Origin: Parcubacteria group bacterium
GTDB taxonomy: Bacteria > Patescibacteriota > Minisyncoccia > Moranbacterales > UBA2206
Assembly: GCA_041675165.1 (NCBI GenBank)
Contig: JBAYUI010000001.1
Location: 6,901 to 70,900 of the forward strand
Reading direction: 5' to 3'
DNA: 64,000 bases
Of the stretch, positions 26,601 to 35,597 are shown piece after piece (position 1 is the first letter of the stretch; each line of letters opens with the position of its first letter). The notes under the pieces were generated by a model. It searched no databases. It saw only the letters and a program-made list of their open reading frames with translations, and was not told where the DNA came from. A program made the position numbers and the translations under genes.

Positions 26601-28462
26601 ATTATTTCTATTCCGGTGGAGCCGCTTCGCCGCCGCAAAATTTGGTTGTTTCGCCGGACACCGTGGACAATCAGACCAACAGCTTCACTTTCACTTGGGA
26701 CGTGCCTACTTCTTACGCGGGGGATGTGGACAAGTTGACCTATTTCTACTCGGTCAATTATCTGCCCACGCCTTTTAATACCATAGAAACTACAGCCAAA
26801 GCCGCCGGTCCGGGGCCGTTTGCGACCCAGTTCGGGAAAAATACTATGTATGTAGTGGCGATGAACGAAGGCGGCACCAAAACTAATCCAAACGATGTGG
26901 ATTGGGATCATCCAGCCTCGGTGGATTTTTATGCCAAGACGACCGCTCCTGGACCGCCGGTCAATATGCAAGTTTTCGACACTTCCGATCGCGAAGCGGA
27001 GGAATATAGCGTGGCGGTCAAATGGAGCGTGCCGCAAAGTTATGATAGTGGAAACTTTGCCGGCTACACGATCTATCGATCGCTCGATGGAACGAATTTT
27101 GTCGAAGCGGCCACGACGACCGGAACGGCGTATGTGGATACGGAATTGGAAAGCAAAGAATATTATTATTATGTCCGCTCTAGAGATAAGACTAATAATC
27201 TTTCCATCGCAACCTCGACACTTTTTTTGACGCCGACCGGGCGCTATACCACTCCGCCGACCATCGTGTCCAAGCCATCGGTTTCAGTGCAATCATTTGC
27301 AGCTTCTTTCGAGTGGTCGACTAACCGATTGGCCAGTTCTTTCGTCGAGTATGGCACGAAGATGTCATTGGGAAAGACGAACGGACAAGTGGACAGCCTG
27401 ACCGCGCACAAAGTCGATATCAATGGCTTGGAAGCGGCCACTAAATATTATTATCGCGTGAAATTTATCGATCCGGACGGGAATATCGGAACTTCTGAAA
27501 TCGGTAATTTTACCACCAATGATCCGCCGACCATTTCGGACGTTTTGGTAGATGGCATAGGATTGGACAGTGCGACTGTTTCTTGGTCGACCAATATGAG
27601 CGGCACTTGCACTTTAAAATATGGAGAAGGTGGCTTTTCAAATTCTATCGAGGAGTCGGGCAGTGGGACGACGCACATCCAGAAAATCACAGGACTTAAA
27701 AATGCTACGCCCTACGCGTATCAGGTGGATTGTGTAGACGCGGATGATAATACATTTGATAGCGATCAATATACTTTCAATACCCTTGAACAGCCGCGGG
27801 TGGAAAATCTGACCGTGCAGAACAAGGAGAATGTCGATATCCCGACCATCGAGTTGAATTATACGACCACCCATCCGACGACTACCTTGGTCAAATTCAA
27901 GGGTCCGGATGAAACGGCTTATCATAACTATCTATTGTCGGATTACGCGACTGATCATAAAGCGACGATCGAAGCGTTGGATCCGGCCATTGAATATGAA
28001 GTGGTTGCGACGGGCATTGATGAAAACGGAGTGGAGGCGGCCAATATGACGGCCAAGGTGACCACCCTGACCGATAGTCGCCCGCCCGCCATAACAGCTA
28101 ATCGCGCAATCGGACGAGTGATCGGGCTCGGAAAAGATGCTAGGGCTAATTTGTATGTTAAGATAGAAACAGATGAACTCACAAAAGTAAAAGTGCTTTT
28201 CGGCAAAGGAACGATTATGGGCAACTTTGAGCAGAGCACGCCGGAAGATCCTTCCAATACATATCATCTAATCACTATCCCCGTCGATCCGGGACAGGTG
28301 TATAGCTATGTCATTGAAGCGGTGGATATGGCGGACAATAAAACTGTTTCCAATCCGGCCACGGTTGTGGTTGAAGGCGCCAAGCAGAATGCGACCGAAA
28401 TCGTGATAAATACGTTCAGCGATAAGTTTGGTTGGATAACTAAGTTATGGATAAAACAATAG
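20678..28462 (+). CDS. Giant (2594 aa) cell-surface protein: basic N-terminal tail, single TM anchor, multiple Kelch-type beta-propeller repeat blocks, beta-sandwich inserts and several C-terminal fibronectin-III-like domains
   Basis: An uninterrupted 7.8-kb ORF. Dozens of repeats of the form (Y/F)x(F/Y)RGxxxxxF(W/Y)xYDxxxNxW (Kelch/galactose-oxidase type). FN3-like units carry WS(T/A)N...YYYRV motifs. The TM segment AISVLAIAFLVYGISPAALCA is at about residue 140. Confidence 0.8.
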   Translation: MVSLFIFRMLQNKKTKNKEKEVEKPLKKSIKKALIGKKGYFAVQRRRGVKKNDIAKAKIIEKIEEYDPEILKTVKSWNFSEKRKDEFFIRQTLEEYVSLDHTDKKDLGKAYFWNLFLGKFVLSIKQIFRQVFKAGFKFSYRAISVLAIAFLVYGISPAALCAPKSVAITTKADWDLGQFSGVTTQNSVDSIQMEPSGTWTARTWASPEDTIGFGHSSVMVGDYLYVFRGYSGDTFWRYDTIKNTWSTMAGLPQPAFYGADMTYLASTGKIYAMFGGYSQKFYSYDIDSNSWTKLTDMLDTPWTGAAMEGNGTSIFIVRGNASTDFWEYDTVSSSWINRPPITAAVGAGADIVNGQDGNLYLVRGSGTQTFYRYDIAGHRWYATVAQLPSTCGAAANAACTFGNEQKGVYRNGKLYFMRSNGTQDMLQYDISGNAWTALTTDMTPQAVNYGSLTLNTNDNLIYAFRANGTTDFWKFDPDAASGQKWVGPKQVQTTAGVLSTVGTGSDLVWNQNYGGNNYVYAIQGRGTTGFFVYNVANNSWTTGTVLPISPNSDMKGAINPANGALYYPRSGSANILIYSGGTAGTWANMSPAPPIAPADGASVAFQGTNLYYRPGNGSQNIYRYNGTSWSAAIPMATVDSGTTTTYYANTGGRMISDGTNVYATLGDGETTFLKYDGSAWLTLSATPFSQYYGSDMTYDSVNSKIYALAGLYKNETWEYDIATDVWRRLPNNQKYTFDRGPYNGASIEYSGNTSLYATTGQSLSDIWSYTVSATNFPTSGTYTYASQMIDLGQVSSGSAFTFNEERPANTSTKYELCTNADGAACSSWHNVTDGVISDLTIGRYVWVKVTLSTSDGASTPTVNDYTISYASSDTVPSSPTTIVAKSQQVDGSDIVADTEYAYEHPYFSWTAGADNGSGIDGYYVYWGKNSSADPASEGSYQATGHYTVNEAMNYDTSPVHPYGTYYLIVKAKDKNGLVSDAWSAFTYKYKGVSPSQVSSKTLQSDFNKAGADFDDGKISYSAVDGSMRLSNTSGFWNQARLSASPYYTHIGGQAVLGGCKTTGQSQLSGNHCVYTFQGNNQLVFMRYEIETDTWINSTANIAEIKPALSAVNNGGTMVAGPEGYLYATKGVTTPTFWRYDIANAAWTQIDDAPKNFDYGSVLTYDDSRYIYAMPGNDDATYRYDTCNGQDGSCSPQWTQLTNAQFGNPNTVDGQKTYEGADGIYDGRNNMYVMQGNYYPYMAKYSIADDEGRGEVHNTWTSLSAAPVGFYNGGSLSFDGDHTIYALAGNSRMKFMKYDTNTDAWSFLPDAPATISYGASLVFHNGYLYATRGGTYTTFYRYNTIDNTWEIPNHNFFGNTDVTGAVYLPYSNGASMADDGGGNIYIYRGGFDNTFGRYNSSTGVFTTLSKLPMGAGNGANIVYNGTENAIYYVSGNTIRTRRTGTDTQNPYFFKYDITSNTWSQITTDRPLAQIWLGSSMTYDGSQYIYLTQGNGTSTWWKYDTLGAAGSRWSAMSTVGSCSSGDGSKILYVSGTIFRTQGAGSTTNCKFSISNGTWSTLGALFFGANSGSSLVDGKDGYIYLARGGNTNSYYRYNISQSAPGSWENLTGANIPAQVTTGGWGVNSNNRNWFTSGAGGGITFPDGLYSYIVGSSTNATGFIKTGTYTSEPIDLTQAYKFANLSVSYILPINTALEIQTRTSSNGSTWGDWTDVSEDHSLGDSHTFSINSSVNEYIQIRMIFSSSDQVYSPRVDDFAINYYQDLFPPDNPTGISAYDTSVKTNILSDNTWHNYTAPYFEWPVANSAGGAVDNQGGSGIAGYYVCFGNNTDCVDPYVDGSFQMGNSFVPTGMVSGQDYHLRIKAVDNAGMFLGTSFDAFTYRFDDVAPTNPSEITADPIGYSSADAFIFTWSNDVGDANSGVAKFQYRTGGDAADIWYDISDPYAVSQSVAPYQANKNTFYLRAVDNAGNVSAPMTMDYFYSGGAASPPQNLVVSPDTVDNQTNSFTFTWDVPTSYAGDVDKLTYFYSVNYLPTPFNTIETTAKAAGPGPFATQFGKNTMYVVAMNEGGTKTNPNDVDWDHPASVDFYAKTTAPGPPVNMQVFDTSDREAEEYSVAVKWSVPQSYDSGNFAGYTIYRSLDGTNFVEAATTTGTAYVDTELESKEYYYYVRSRDKTNNLSIATSTLFLTPTGRYTTPPTIVSKPSVSVQSFAASFEWSTNRLASSFVEYGTKMSLGKTNGQVDSLTAHKVDINGLEAATKYYYRVKFIDPDGNIGTSEIGNFTTNDPPTISDVLVDGIGLDSATVSWSTNMSGTCTLKYGEGGFSNSIEESGSGTTHIQKITGLKNATPYAYQVDCVDADDNTFDSDQYTFNTLEQPRVENLTVQNKENVDIPTIELNYTTTHPTTTLVKFKGPDETAYHNYLLSDYATDHKATIEALDPAIEYEVVATGIDENGVEAANMTAKVTTLTDSRPPAITANRAIGRVIGLGKDARANLYVKIETDELTKVKVLFGKGTIMGNFEQSTPEDPSNTYHLITIPVDPGQVYSYVIEAVDMADNKTVSNPATVVVEGAKQNATEIVINTFSDKFGWITKLWIKQ

Positions 28463-29295
28463 ATCAAATAGACGAGAAGGAGAAAAGAATATTAAAGATG
28501 AATGAAGCTCCCAGTCAGAGTGCTAAAGGAAAAAAAACTTCCGAGTTTTTTCCTGAGTTTGAACATCATTCTCAAAAAGATATTGTAGTCGGTGTCAAGG
28601 ACATTGAGAAAACTTTTGTCTTGGGCACTAATAAGGTGGATATTTTGAAAGGGGTCAACTTCGAAATAAAAAGAGGGGAATTTGTGATGCTAATGGGTCC
28701 TTCCGGTTGCGGAAAATCGACTTTGCTCCACATCGTTTATGGATTGGAAGCTCCGACCAATGGGACGATCTTTGTTGAAGATGAAGATATCTGGGCGCAC
28801 AGCAAGAATTGGCGAGCTTATTTCCGCAATCAATACATCGGTTTTATCCCGCAACAAGCCTTTTGGATAAAGTCGCTTTCAGTCATTGAAAATGTGGCGG
28901 TGCCGGGATTCATCGGCGGTCGGGGTTATCGCGAATCCATCGAAAGAGCGTATAAGACCTTGGAAATTGTCGGAATGAAAGACTGGGCACATTATCGGCC
29001 GTTTGACTTGTCCGGAGGACAGCAGCAGAAAGTAGCTTTTGCCCGTTCACTCCTTCTTAATCCTAAATTCATCATCGCGGATGAACCGACGGGGAACCTT
29101 GACCAGAAATCCGGCGTACAGCTGATGGACCTCATTAAAGAGTTCAACGAATCATTGAATATCACTGTCCTTATGGTGACGCATAATCCTGATCAGATCA
29201 GTTATGCATCGAGAATAGTCAGGATGGTGGACGGAAAAATATTATCAGACACGACTGATAAAGAACAAATTAATATAATCAAAAATGAAGCTTAA
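28447..29295 (+). CDS. ABC transporter ATP-binding protein (MacB/LolD/FtsE-like)
   Basis: Walker A GPSGCGKSTLL, signature LSGGQQQKVAFARSL, Walker B IIADEPTGNLD. The start overlaps the giant gene by 16 nt. Confidence 0.85.
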   Translation: MDKTIDQIDEKEKRILKMNEAPSQSAKGKKTSEFFPEFEHHSQKDIVVGVKDIEKTFVLGTNKVDILKGVNFEIKRGEFVMLMGPSGCGKSTLLHIVYGLEAPTNGTIFVEDEDIWAHSKNWRAYFRNQYIGFIPQQAFWIKSLSVIENVAVPGFIGGRGYRESIERAYKTLEIVGMKDWAHYRPFDLSGGQQQKVAFARSLLLNPKFIIADEPTGNLDQKSGVQLMDLIKEFNESLNITVLMVTHNPDQISYASRIVRMVDGKILSDTTDKEQINIIKNEA

Positions 29296-30613
29296 CTTTT
29301 TTTTAAGAAAGAAAGATGTTTCCTTGGAAAGCGAAGAGGATTATGAAAAGAAACATCATAAAGCCTCCAATCGGCCGAAGGAAACTTGGAAAGAGAAACA
29401 TACGGGTATCAGTTTTTCGATGATTTCCTATATCAGTTGGAAGAACTTGAAGGTCGGGCGGGCCAGATCCATCCTGACTATCGGTGGGGTGGCTTTAGGC
29501 ATCGGGATAATCACTTTCCTTTTGAGCATCGGATTCGGTATGCAGCAAATGATCGTCTCGGAAGTCACCAAAGATAATCCGATAGATGTCATAGATATAA
29601 ATAATGGCAATCTGGACAATTTCGTTTCTTTGAACGAGGATGTGGTCGGCAAGATAAAAAATATTGACGGAGTGAAAAAGATCGAGAGGCGGGTGAATAC
29701 GGGAGGCAAGATAATCCTAGGCGAATCTCAGACGGATGTGATCATTTATGGAGCGACAGTCGAATATCTGGATATGCTTAGGGTCAAATATCAGGATAAC
29801 GGAGGAAATTTTTCCAACGATGGGGATTCGGCTCTGATTTCAGACAGGCTGGCTAATCTTTTGGGCTTTGGCAATCCATATGAGGCTATCGGCAAAAAAA
29901 TCGTATATAATATCGCGTTGTCCAAGGACGTGAGTTCTAAGTTGGATACGGAGAAAGTGACTGAGAATAATGAAATAACCATCTCTGGTATCGTCAATAA
30001 ATCTGACAATACCTATATATATTTGCCATCCAAAATGTTAGAAGATAAATTCGGAGTAGATAGCGCCCAAGAGGGGAAGGTGGTCGTCTCCGATATGACC
30101 AAATTTGACAATGTGAAACAGCAGCTGGAACAAATGGGTTTCGTGACCAGCAGTATCGCGGAACTCATCGCCGGTATTAACAGTTTTTTCAGCACCGTGC
30201 GGATCTTCCTAGTGATTTTCGGGGTGATCATTATGTCGATTTCAGCGATGGGAATGCTTAATACTTTGAGTGTTTCTCTTTTGCAGCGGACCAAAGAAGT
30301 CGGAATTATGAAAGCTTTGGGCACGAAGCGGTTCGATGTTTTCAAAATGTTCATCTTGGAATCGATCATTATCAGTTTTGTCGGAGGCGTTTTGGGATTT
30401 TTCGGGGGCTATGGATTGGCACTTTTTGTGAATAAACTCTTGATAATTTTGGGCAAGAGGATGGGGACAGACCTAGGCTATTTCGTCTATGTCCCGACCG
30501 GTTTCATCTTGGCCATTGCCGGTTTCGTCCTGTTCCTGGGAATCATTACTGGGGTTATGCCGGCATTTCGCGCGTCCAAGATCCATGCCTTGGAGGCCCT
30601 TCGCTACGAATAG
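29285..30613 (+). CDS. ABC transporter permease, FtsX/MacB family (periplasmic core domain plus FtsX 4-TM domain)
   Basis: N-terminal TM with LKVGRARSILTIGGVALGIGIITFL, a large periplasmic domain, and a C-terminal FtsX-like 3-TM bundle ending in RASKIHALEALRYE. It overlaps the ATPase gene, indicating an operon. Confidence 0.7.
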   Translation: MKLNFFLRKKDVSLESEEDYEKKHHKASNRPKETWKEKHTGISFSMISYISWKNLKVGRARSILTIGGVALGIGIITFLLSIGFGMQQMIVSEVTKDNPIDVIDINNGNLDNFVSLNEDVVGKIKNIDGVKKIERRVNTGGKIILGESQTDVIIYGATVEYLDMLRVKYQDNGGNFSNDGDSALISDRLANLLGFGNPYEAIGKKIVYNIALSKDVSSKLDTEKVTENNEITISGIVNKSDNTYIYLPSKMLEDKFGVDSAQEGKVVVSDMTKFDNVKQQLEQMGFVTSSIAELIAGINSFFSTVRIFLVIFGVIIMSISAMGMLNTLSVSLLQRTKEVGIMKALGTKRFDVFKMFILESIIISFVGGVLGFFGGYGLALFVNKLLIILGKRMGTDLGYFVYVPTGFILAIAGFVLFLGIITGVMPAFRASKIHALEALRYE

Positions 30614-30645
30614 TTCTTAAGCAGTTAATAATTATTTTTTCAAAT

Positions 30646-31215
30646 ATGTTGTTCTTAAACGGATTTTTTCCAATGACCCATAAATTTTCCTATGCAGATC
30701 TGCCACAGACGGATGCATTTTTTTTGACAGTGGCCATCTTGGCAGTAATCGTCCCGCCATTCCTGATCTTTTTCTTGGCACCTGCCACGCGGCGAATCAA
30801 GAGTTTTTTTTATTGGATGACTATCTCACCGATTGCGAAATTAAGAAGCGTCAGAAAATATGATAATGATAGGTTTGAAGAATATGAGGAAGCAGAAGCT
30901 GAGGTGTTCAAAGCTAACCCGGGAAACTTTTTGACGCTGTACAGCGGATTGAATATGATACTAAGTCTAGTGGCAGAAAAAGCTATGCGGAAAAAGATCG
31001 AAGAAGGCACCAGCCATGAAGAGATTGTCAAGATGTTATTGAAAACGGGAGTTTTAACACCTGTTGGCGCTAAAAAATTAAGGTTCATAAGATGGGTGGA
31101 AGGTGTGGTGGTTTCCGGCGGAACTGGACTGATTTCGCGAAAGACGATGGAGCTGGCCATCGCGGTACTCTGGAAGACGCAAAAGGAGCTTAATAATTGG
31201 ATTTCCAATAATTAA
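30646..31215 (+). CDS. Hypothetical protein with an N-terminal TM segment
   Basis: 189-aa ORF with no recognisable motifs. Confidence 0.35.
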   Translation: MLFLNGFFPMTHKFSYADLPQTDAFFLTVAILAVIVPPFLIFFLAPATRRIKSFFYWMTISPIAKLRSVRKYDNDRFEEYEEAEAEVFKANPGNFLTLYSGLNMILSLVAEKAMRKKIEEGTSHEEIVKMLLKTGVLTPVGAKKLRFIRWVEGVVVSGGTGLISRKTMELAIAVLWKTQKELNNWISNN

Positions 31216-31374
31216 TCTTGGATAAAACTTAATTCAAAGATTATGAAAGATAAATTATTCTGCCTAGGCATCTCGGCTTTATCAGCTGCTTTGGTCTACG
31301 GCATCTATCTTTTGATAATAGCTTTGCGGGATAAGTTTTTTTGACCTGTTTTGAGGGTGTGCTAAAGTGGATTT

Positions 31375-31881
31375 ATGCAAAAAGAGCTTATTACAACAAC
31401 ATCGGCGCAGACCCAAGAGGCGGGGCGCTTGCTGGCCAAGGAATTTCAAGGGGGAGAAGTTATTTGTTTGTCCGGCGAACTGGGGGCGGGCAAAACGACC
31501 TTCACTCAAGGGCTTCTGGGGGGCTTGGGCCTCGAAGGTCCTTTCACCAGCCCGACTTTTTTGGTGATGAAAGAATACGAGATAAAATATCCAATATCCA
31601 ATATCCAATATCCAATAAAATACCAAAATGTCTATCATATAGATGCCTATCGGGTGGGAACGGAAGATATTTTAGCGCTCGGTTGGGAGGAGATGGTTGC
31701 CAATCCTGAAAATATTATTATAATAGAGTGGGCGGAGCGGGTAAAAGAAATTATTCCGAATAATGCTATTTGGATAAACTTTGAGTGGCTGGATGAAAAT
31801 AGGCGGAAAATAACACTGTCTAATGATCAATGTTCAATGATCAATTCTCAATCAATAATCAATACTTTAATGTTCAATTGA
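31375..31881 (+). CDS. tsaE: tRNA threonylcarbamoyladenosine biosynthesis protein TsaE, carrying an in-frame oligo-repeat insertion
   Basis: P-loop VICLSGELGAGKTTFTQGLLGGLGL and SPTF motif. (ATATCCA)n at 31587-31616 encodes YPISNIQYPI inside the gene. The 3' end runs into a repeat palindrome. Confidence 0.7.
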   Translation: MQKELITTTSAQTQEAGRLLAKEFQGGEVICLSGELGAGKTTFTQGLLGGLGLEGPFTSPTFLVMKEYEIKYPISNIQYPIKYQNVYHIDAYRVGTEDILALGWEEMVANPENIIIIEWAERVKEIIPNNAIWINFEWLDENRRKITLSNDQCSMINSQSIINTLMFN

Positions 31882-31960
31882 ATATTATGATATTGAAAAT
31901 TTATTGAATATTGATTATTGATAATTGAATATTAAAAAACTAACTTTACAATAAAAGTTT

Positions 31961-32728
31961 ATGAAAAAAACATTGGGTGTATGCTTGGTAGTTGGTCTGG
32001 TGATAATTTTCAGCGCTTGTTCCCAAAAAGAAGAGGCTAACAAAACTCCGAATCCCGTGACTGATCCGGGCGGGTATGATAAGAGTATGCTGAACACTAA
32101 GGACAAAGCGGCGCAGGACGTGTCGGCAGCGACCGACCAAGAGAATGGCCGATTAAATGATACGCTAAATAATAATGACAATGCTATGAATGCAAGCGAA
32201 AATGGCTCTGGCGACAACTCGGAGCTAGTGAAAAAATATAACACGGCGATCATGAAAACCAGTCTGGGTGATATCGAATTGAAGCTGGATGCATCTAATG
32301 CGCCGGTGACTGTGGGCAATTTTTTGAAACTGGCCAGTTCGGGATTCTATGATGGTACCAAATTTCACCGAGTTATCAAGGATTTTATGATCCAAGGCGG
32401 TGACCCGTTGAGCAAAGATGATTCACAAAAAGCGAGTTGGGGAACAGGTGACCCGGGATATAAATTTAACGACGAACTTACTGGCAAAGAAACTTACACT
32501 CAGGGCACGCTGGCTATGGCCAATTCCGGCCCGAACACCAATGGTTCTCAATTTTTCATCGTGACCGCCAGTCCAAGTTATCCATTGCCGCCAAGCTATA
32601 CGGTCTTCGGTCATGTGACTAGCGGTTTGGATGTAGCCCTCAAGATTCAAGATGTTCAGACTGATCCTTCCAATAATCAACCGCTCGAAAATGTGACCAT
32701 TAACAGTATACAAGTGCTGGAAAAATAG
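31961..32728 (+). CDS. ppiB: Cyclophilin-type peptidyl-prolyl cis-trans isomerase, lipoprotein
   Basis: Signal peptide plus Cys (VIIFSAC). Cyclophilin core HRVIKDFMIQGGDP...GTLAMANSGPNTNGSQFFIV. Confidence 0.85.
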   Translation: MKKTLGVCLVVGLVIIFSACSQKEEANKTPNPVTDPGGYDKSMLNTKDKAAQDVSAATDQENGRLNDTLNNNDNAMNASENGSGDNSELVKKYNTAIMKTSLGDIELKLDASNAPVTVGNFLKLASSGFYDGTKFHRVIKDFMIQGGDPLSKDDSQKASWGTGDPGYKFNDELTGKETYTQGTLAMANSGPNTNGSQFFIVTASPSYPLPPSYTVFGHVTSGLDVALKIQDVQTDPSNNQPLENVTINSIQVLEK

Positions 32729-32826
32729 GAAAAAATTTTCAAAAAACAGCTCCGACGTTATATCGGAGCTGTTTTTTTTAGTTTGTTTGTAATATACTTG
32801 AGAGAGACTAAAAATAGACCAAAAAT

Positions 32827-35592
32827 ATGGAAAACAAAGCGAAAAAACTCATTCTTATTGATGGCAATGCCATTATTCACCGGGCTTATCATGCTTTGCC
32901 GCCGCTCATGACCAAGTCAGGCGAGCTGGTGAATGCGGTGTATGGTTTCACTTCCACGATGCTCTCGGTGATCGAAAAGTTCCAACCGGACTATATTATT
33001 GCCACTTTTGACTTGGCTGGACCGACTTTCCGGCATAAAGAATTCGCGGAATACAAGGCGCATCGCGTCAAAGCCGATCAGGAATTGTATGACCAGATTC
33101 CGCGCGTCAAAGAAGTGGTGCGGGCCATGGGCATTCCGATTTTGGAACTGGCCGGGTTTGAGGCGGATGATGTCATCGGGACACTGTCGCGCTTGGCTGA
33201 CTCGTCTAGAGAAAATCTCGAGACGATGATTGTGACGGGAGACTTGGACACTTTGCAGTTGGTGAGTGATAAGACGAGTGTGTACACGATGCGCCGAGGT
33301 CTGACTGATTCGGTGTTGTATGGCAAAGACGAAATTATGGCCCGCTATGGCCTAGTGCCGTCTCAACTCATCGATTATAAGGGTTTGCGTGGTGATCCGT
33401 CGGATAACATTCCGGGCGTGAAAGGCATCGGGGAAAAGACGGCCACGGAACTTTTGAAAAAATATGTCACCTTGGAAGGGGTGTATCAAAATATTGCGGA
33501 AATCAAGGGTGCGGTCAAGGATAAATTGGAGCGCGATAAGATGCAAGCAATCCAAAGCAAGCAATTGGCGACCATCGTGAGAAGCGTGCCGGTGGAGTTG
33601 GATTTATCGGCTGCCAAGACACATGAGTTTGATCGCGCGCAGTTGGTGAAGCTTTTTCAAGAGCTGACTTTTTTTTCGCTGATAAAACGGATCCCTGGAA
33701 ATAATAATGCAAATACGCGAATGTATGCGAATGACGCGAATATGCCAGTAGTAGATGATGTGAATGTGTCTGAAGGCGTCAACGATTTTAAATATGAATA
33801 TATTGCAGCGGATAAGGCTGAAGAATTTTTCCAGATGCTTGCTGAACAGAAAGAAGTGGCGTTCTGTTTGAAATCGCACGGTGGGAAAGGTTGGGAGAAA
33901 GAAATTTCGAGCGTGGCTTTTTCTTGGAAAACAGGCCGGGCTGTTTGTATCGCCTTCGGCGAGTTAAAAGGTAAAAAAGAAAAGTTTCCGCTAGAGGCGG
34001 ATCAGCCTTTGGCTGAAAAAGTTAAGAATATTTTTGAAAATAAGGATATCCAAAAAATCGGGTATGATTTGAAAAGTTCCATTGAAACTTTGGGAAAGTA
34101 TGGCATCGGATTGGCAGGTGGATTGTATGATGTGATGGTGGCGGCCTATGTCCTGGATCCTGGCGCTAAGACTGAGCTTGAGCGCTTGGTCCTCAAGGAA
34201 TTGGGCGAAGAGATTGCGCCGGAGGCCAAAAAGGGGCAGCTCGGACTCATGATCGAATCGCCGGAGGAAACATCAGGGGAAGTCTGTCGTGCGGCAGATT
34301 ATGTCTTTAAGCTTAAGCATAATTATGCAGGGAAAATTGCGGCCATCAGCGCGGAGCAAAATCCGACCCATAATTTGCAGACAGTTTTTTCAGATATTGA
34401 AATGCCGCTGGTGAAAATTTTGGCGGAGATGGAAGTGACTGGGGTGCGCTTGAACACAATTATATTCAAAGGCATTTCGGAAAAAATCACCGCTCGGATC
34501 GCTAGCTTGGAAAAAAGCATCTATGATGCTGCGGGCATGCAGTTCAATATCAACTCGCCCAAACAATTAGCCGAAGTGCTTTTTTCTACGATGAAGCTGC
34601 CGACTGTTGACATCAAAAAAGGCAAGACCGGCTATTCCACTGCTTCGTCCGAATTGCAAAAACTGAAAAGCGAGCATAAGATCATTGAGAAGATCGAAGA
34701 ATATCGGGAAATTTTCAAATTGAAAACGACTTACCTTGACGCCTTGCCGCTCTTGGTCGACCAGAATTCACGCATCCATTCGGCCTTCAATCAAACAGTC
34801 ACTGCCACGGGACGTCTGAGTTCCAGTGAACCCAATCTGCAAAACATTCCCATCAGAACTGATCTGGGGCAACTCTTGCGAGTGGCTTTCGAAGCGGAGA
34901 AAGGTTGGAAGTTGGTGGCGGCTGACTATTCACAGATCGATCTGCGGGTGGTGGCGCATGCTTCGCTCGACAAAAAAATGATCGAACTGTTTTGGGCCGG
35001 TGAAGACATCCACACAGCTACGGCGGCGGAAATCAATCAGGTGACCAAAAGCCAAGTGACGCAGAAAATGAGAAGTTCTGCCAAGGCTTTGAATTTCGGA
35101 ATCATTTACGGTATGAGTGTCTTCGGTTTTTCCGCCTCCGCCGGCATCGATCGTGATGAAGCTAAAAAATTCATCGATGCCTATTTTGCCAAGTTCACCG
35201 GTGTGGCCAATTATATGCGCACCACCAAAGAAGAAGCCAAAACCAAGGGTTACGTGGAAACGGAAATGGGCCGCCGCCGCTATGTCCCCGAAATCAACGC
35301 TCCCAATTTCCAAGTGGCCCAAGCGGGCGAGCGCATGGCCATTAATATGCCGATCCAAGGCATGTCGGCCGATATCGTGAAGCTGGCGATGATCAAGGTC
35401 TATGAGGCATATGAAAACAATCCTGACGTCAGAATGATCTTGCAAGTGCACGATGAAATCATTCTGGAAGTGAAAGAAGATTTGGCGGAAGAAGTGGGCA
35501 AGCGTGTGAAAGAAATTATGGAACAAGTTTACAAACTCAAAGTGCCATTGGTGGTGGATGTGAAGGTGGGGGATAATTGGGGAGAAGTGTAA
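32827..35592 (+). CDS. polA: DNA polymerase I
   Basis: 5'-3' exonuclease N-terminus (LILIDGNAIIHRAYHA), 3'-5' exonuclease-like middle, and polymerase motifs (RRxxKxxNFGxxYG-like KALNFGIIYGMS, QVHDEI). Confidence 0.9.
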   Translation: MENKAKKLILIDGNAIIHRAYHALPPLMTKSGELVNAVYGFTSTMLSVIEKFQPDYIIATFDLAGPTFRHKEFAEYKAHRVKADQELYDQIPRVKEVVRAMGIPILELAGFEADDVIGTLSRLADSSRENLETMIVTGDLDTLQLVSDKTSVYTMRRGLTDSVLYGKDEIMARYGLVPSQLIDYKGLRGDPSDNIPGVKGIGEKTATELLKKYVTLEGVYQNIAEIKGAVKDKLERDKMQAIQSKQLATIVRSVPVELDLSAAKTHEFDRAQLVKLFQELTFFSLIKRIPGNNNANTRMYANDANMPVVDDVNVSEGVNDFKYEYIAADKAEEFFQMLAEQKEVAFCLKSHGGKGWEKEISSVAFSWKTGRAVCIAFGELKGKKEKFPLEADQPLAEKVKNIFENKDIQKIGYDLKSSIETLGKYGIGLAGGLYDVMVAAYVLDPGAKTELERLVLKELGEEIAPEAKKGQLGLMIESPEETSGEVCRAADYVFKLKHNYAGKIAAISAEQNPTHNLQTVFSDIEMPLVKILAEMEVTGVRLNTIIFKGISEKITARIASLEKSIYDAAGMQFNINSPKQLAEVLFSTMKLPTVDIKKGKTGYSTASSELQKLKSEHKIIEKIEEYREIFKLKTTYLDALPLLVDQNSRIHSAFNQTVTATGRLSSSEPNLQNIPIRTDLGQLLRVAFEAEKGWKLVAADYSQIDLRVVAHASLDKKMIELFWAGEDIHTATAAEINQVTKSQVTQKMRSSAKALNFGIIYGMSVFGFSASAGIDRDEAKKFIDAYFAKFTGVANYMRTTKEEAKTKGYVETEMGRRRYVPEINAPNFQVAQAGERMAINMPIQGMSADIVKLAMIKVYEAYENNPDVRMILQVHDEIILEVKEDLAEEVGKRVKEIMEQVYKLKVPLVVDVKVGDNWGEV

Positions 35593-35597
35593 TCTTC

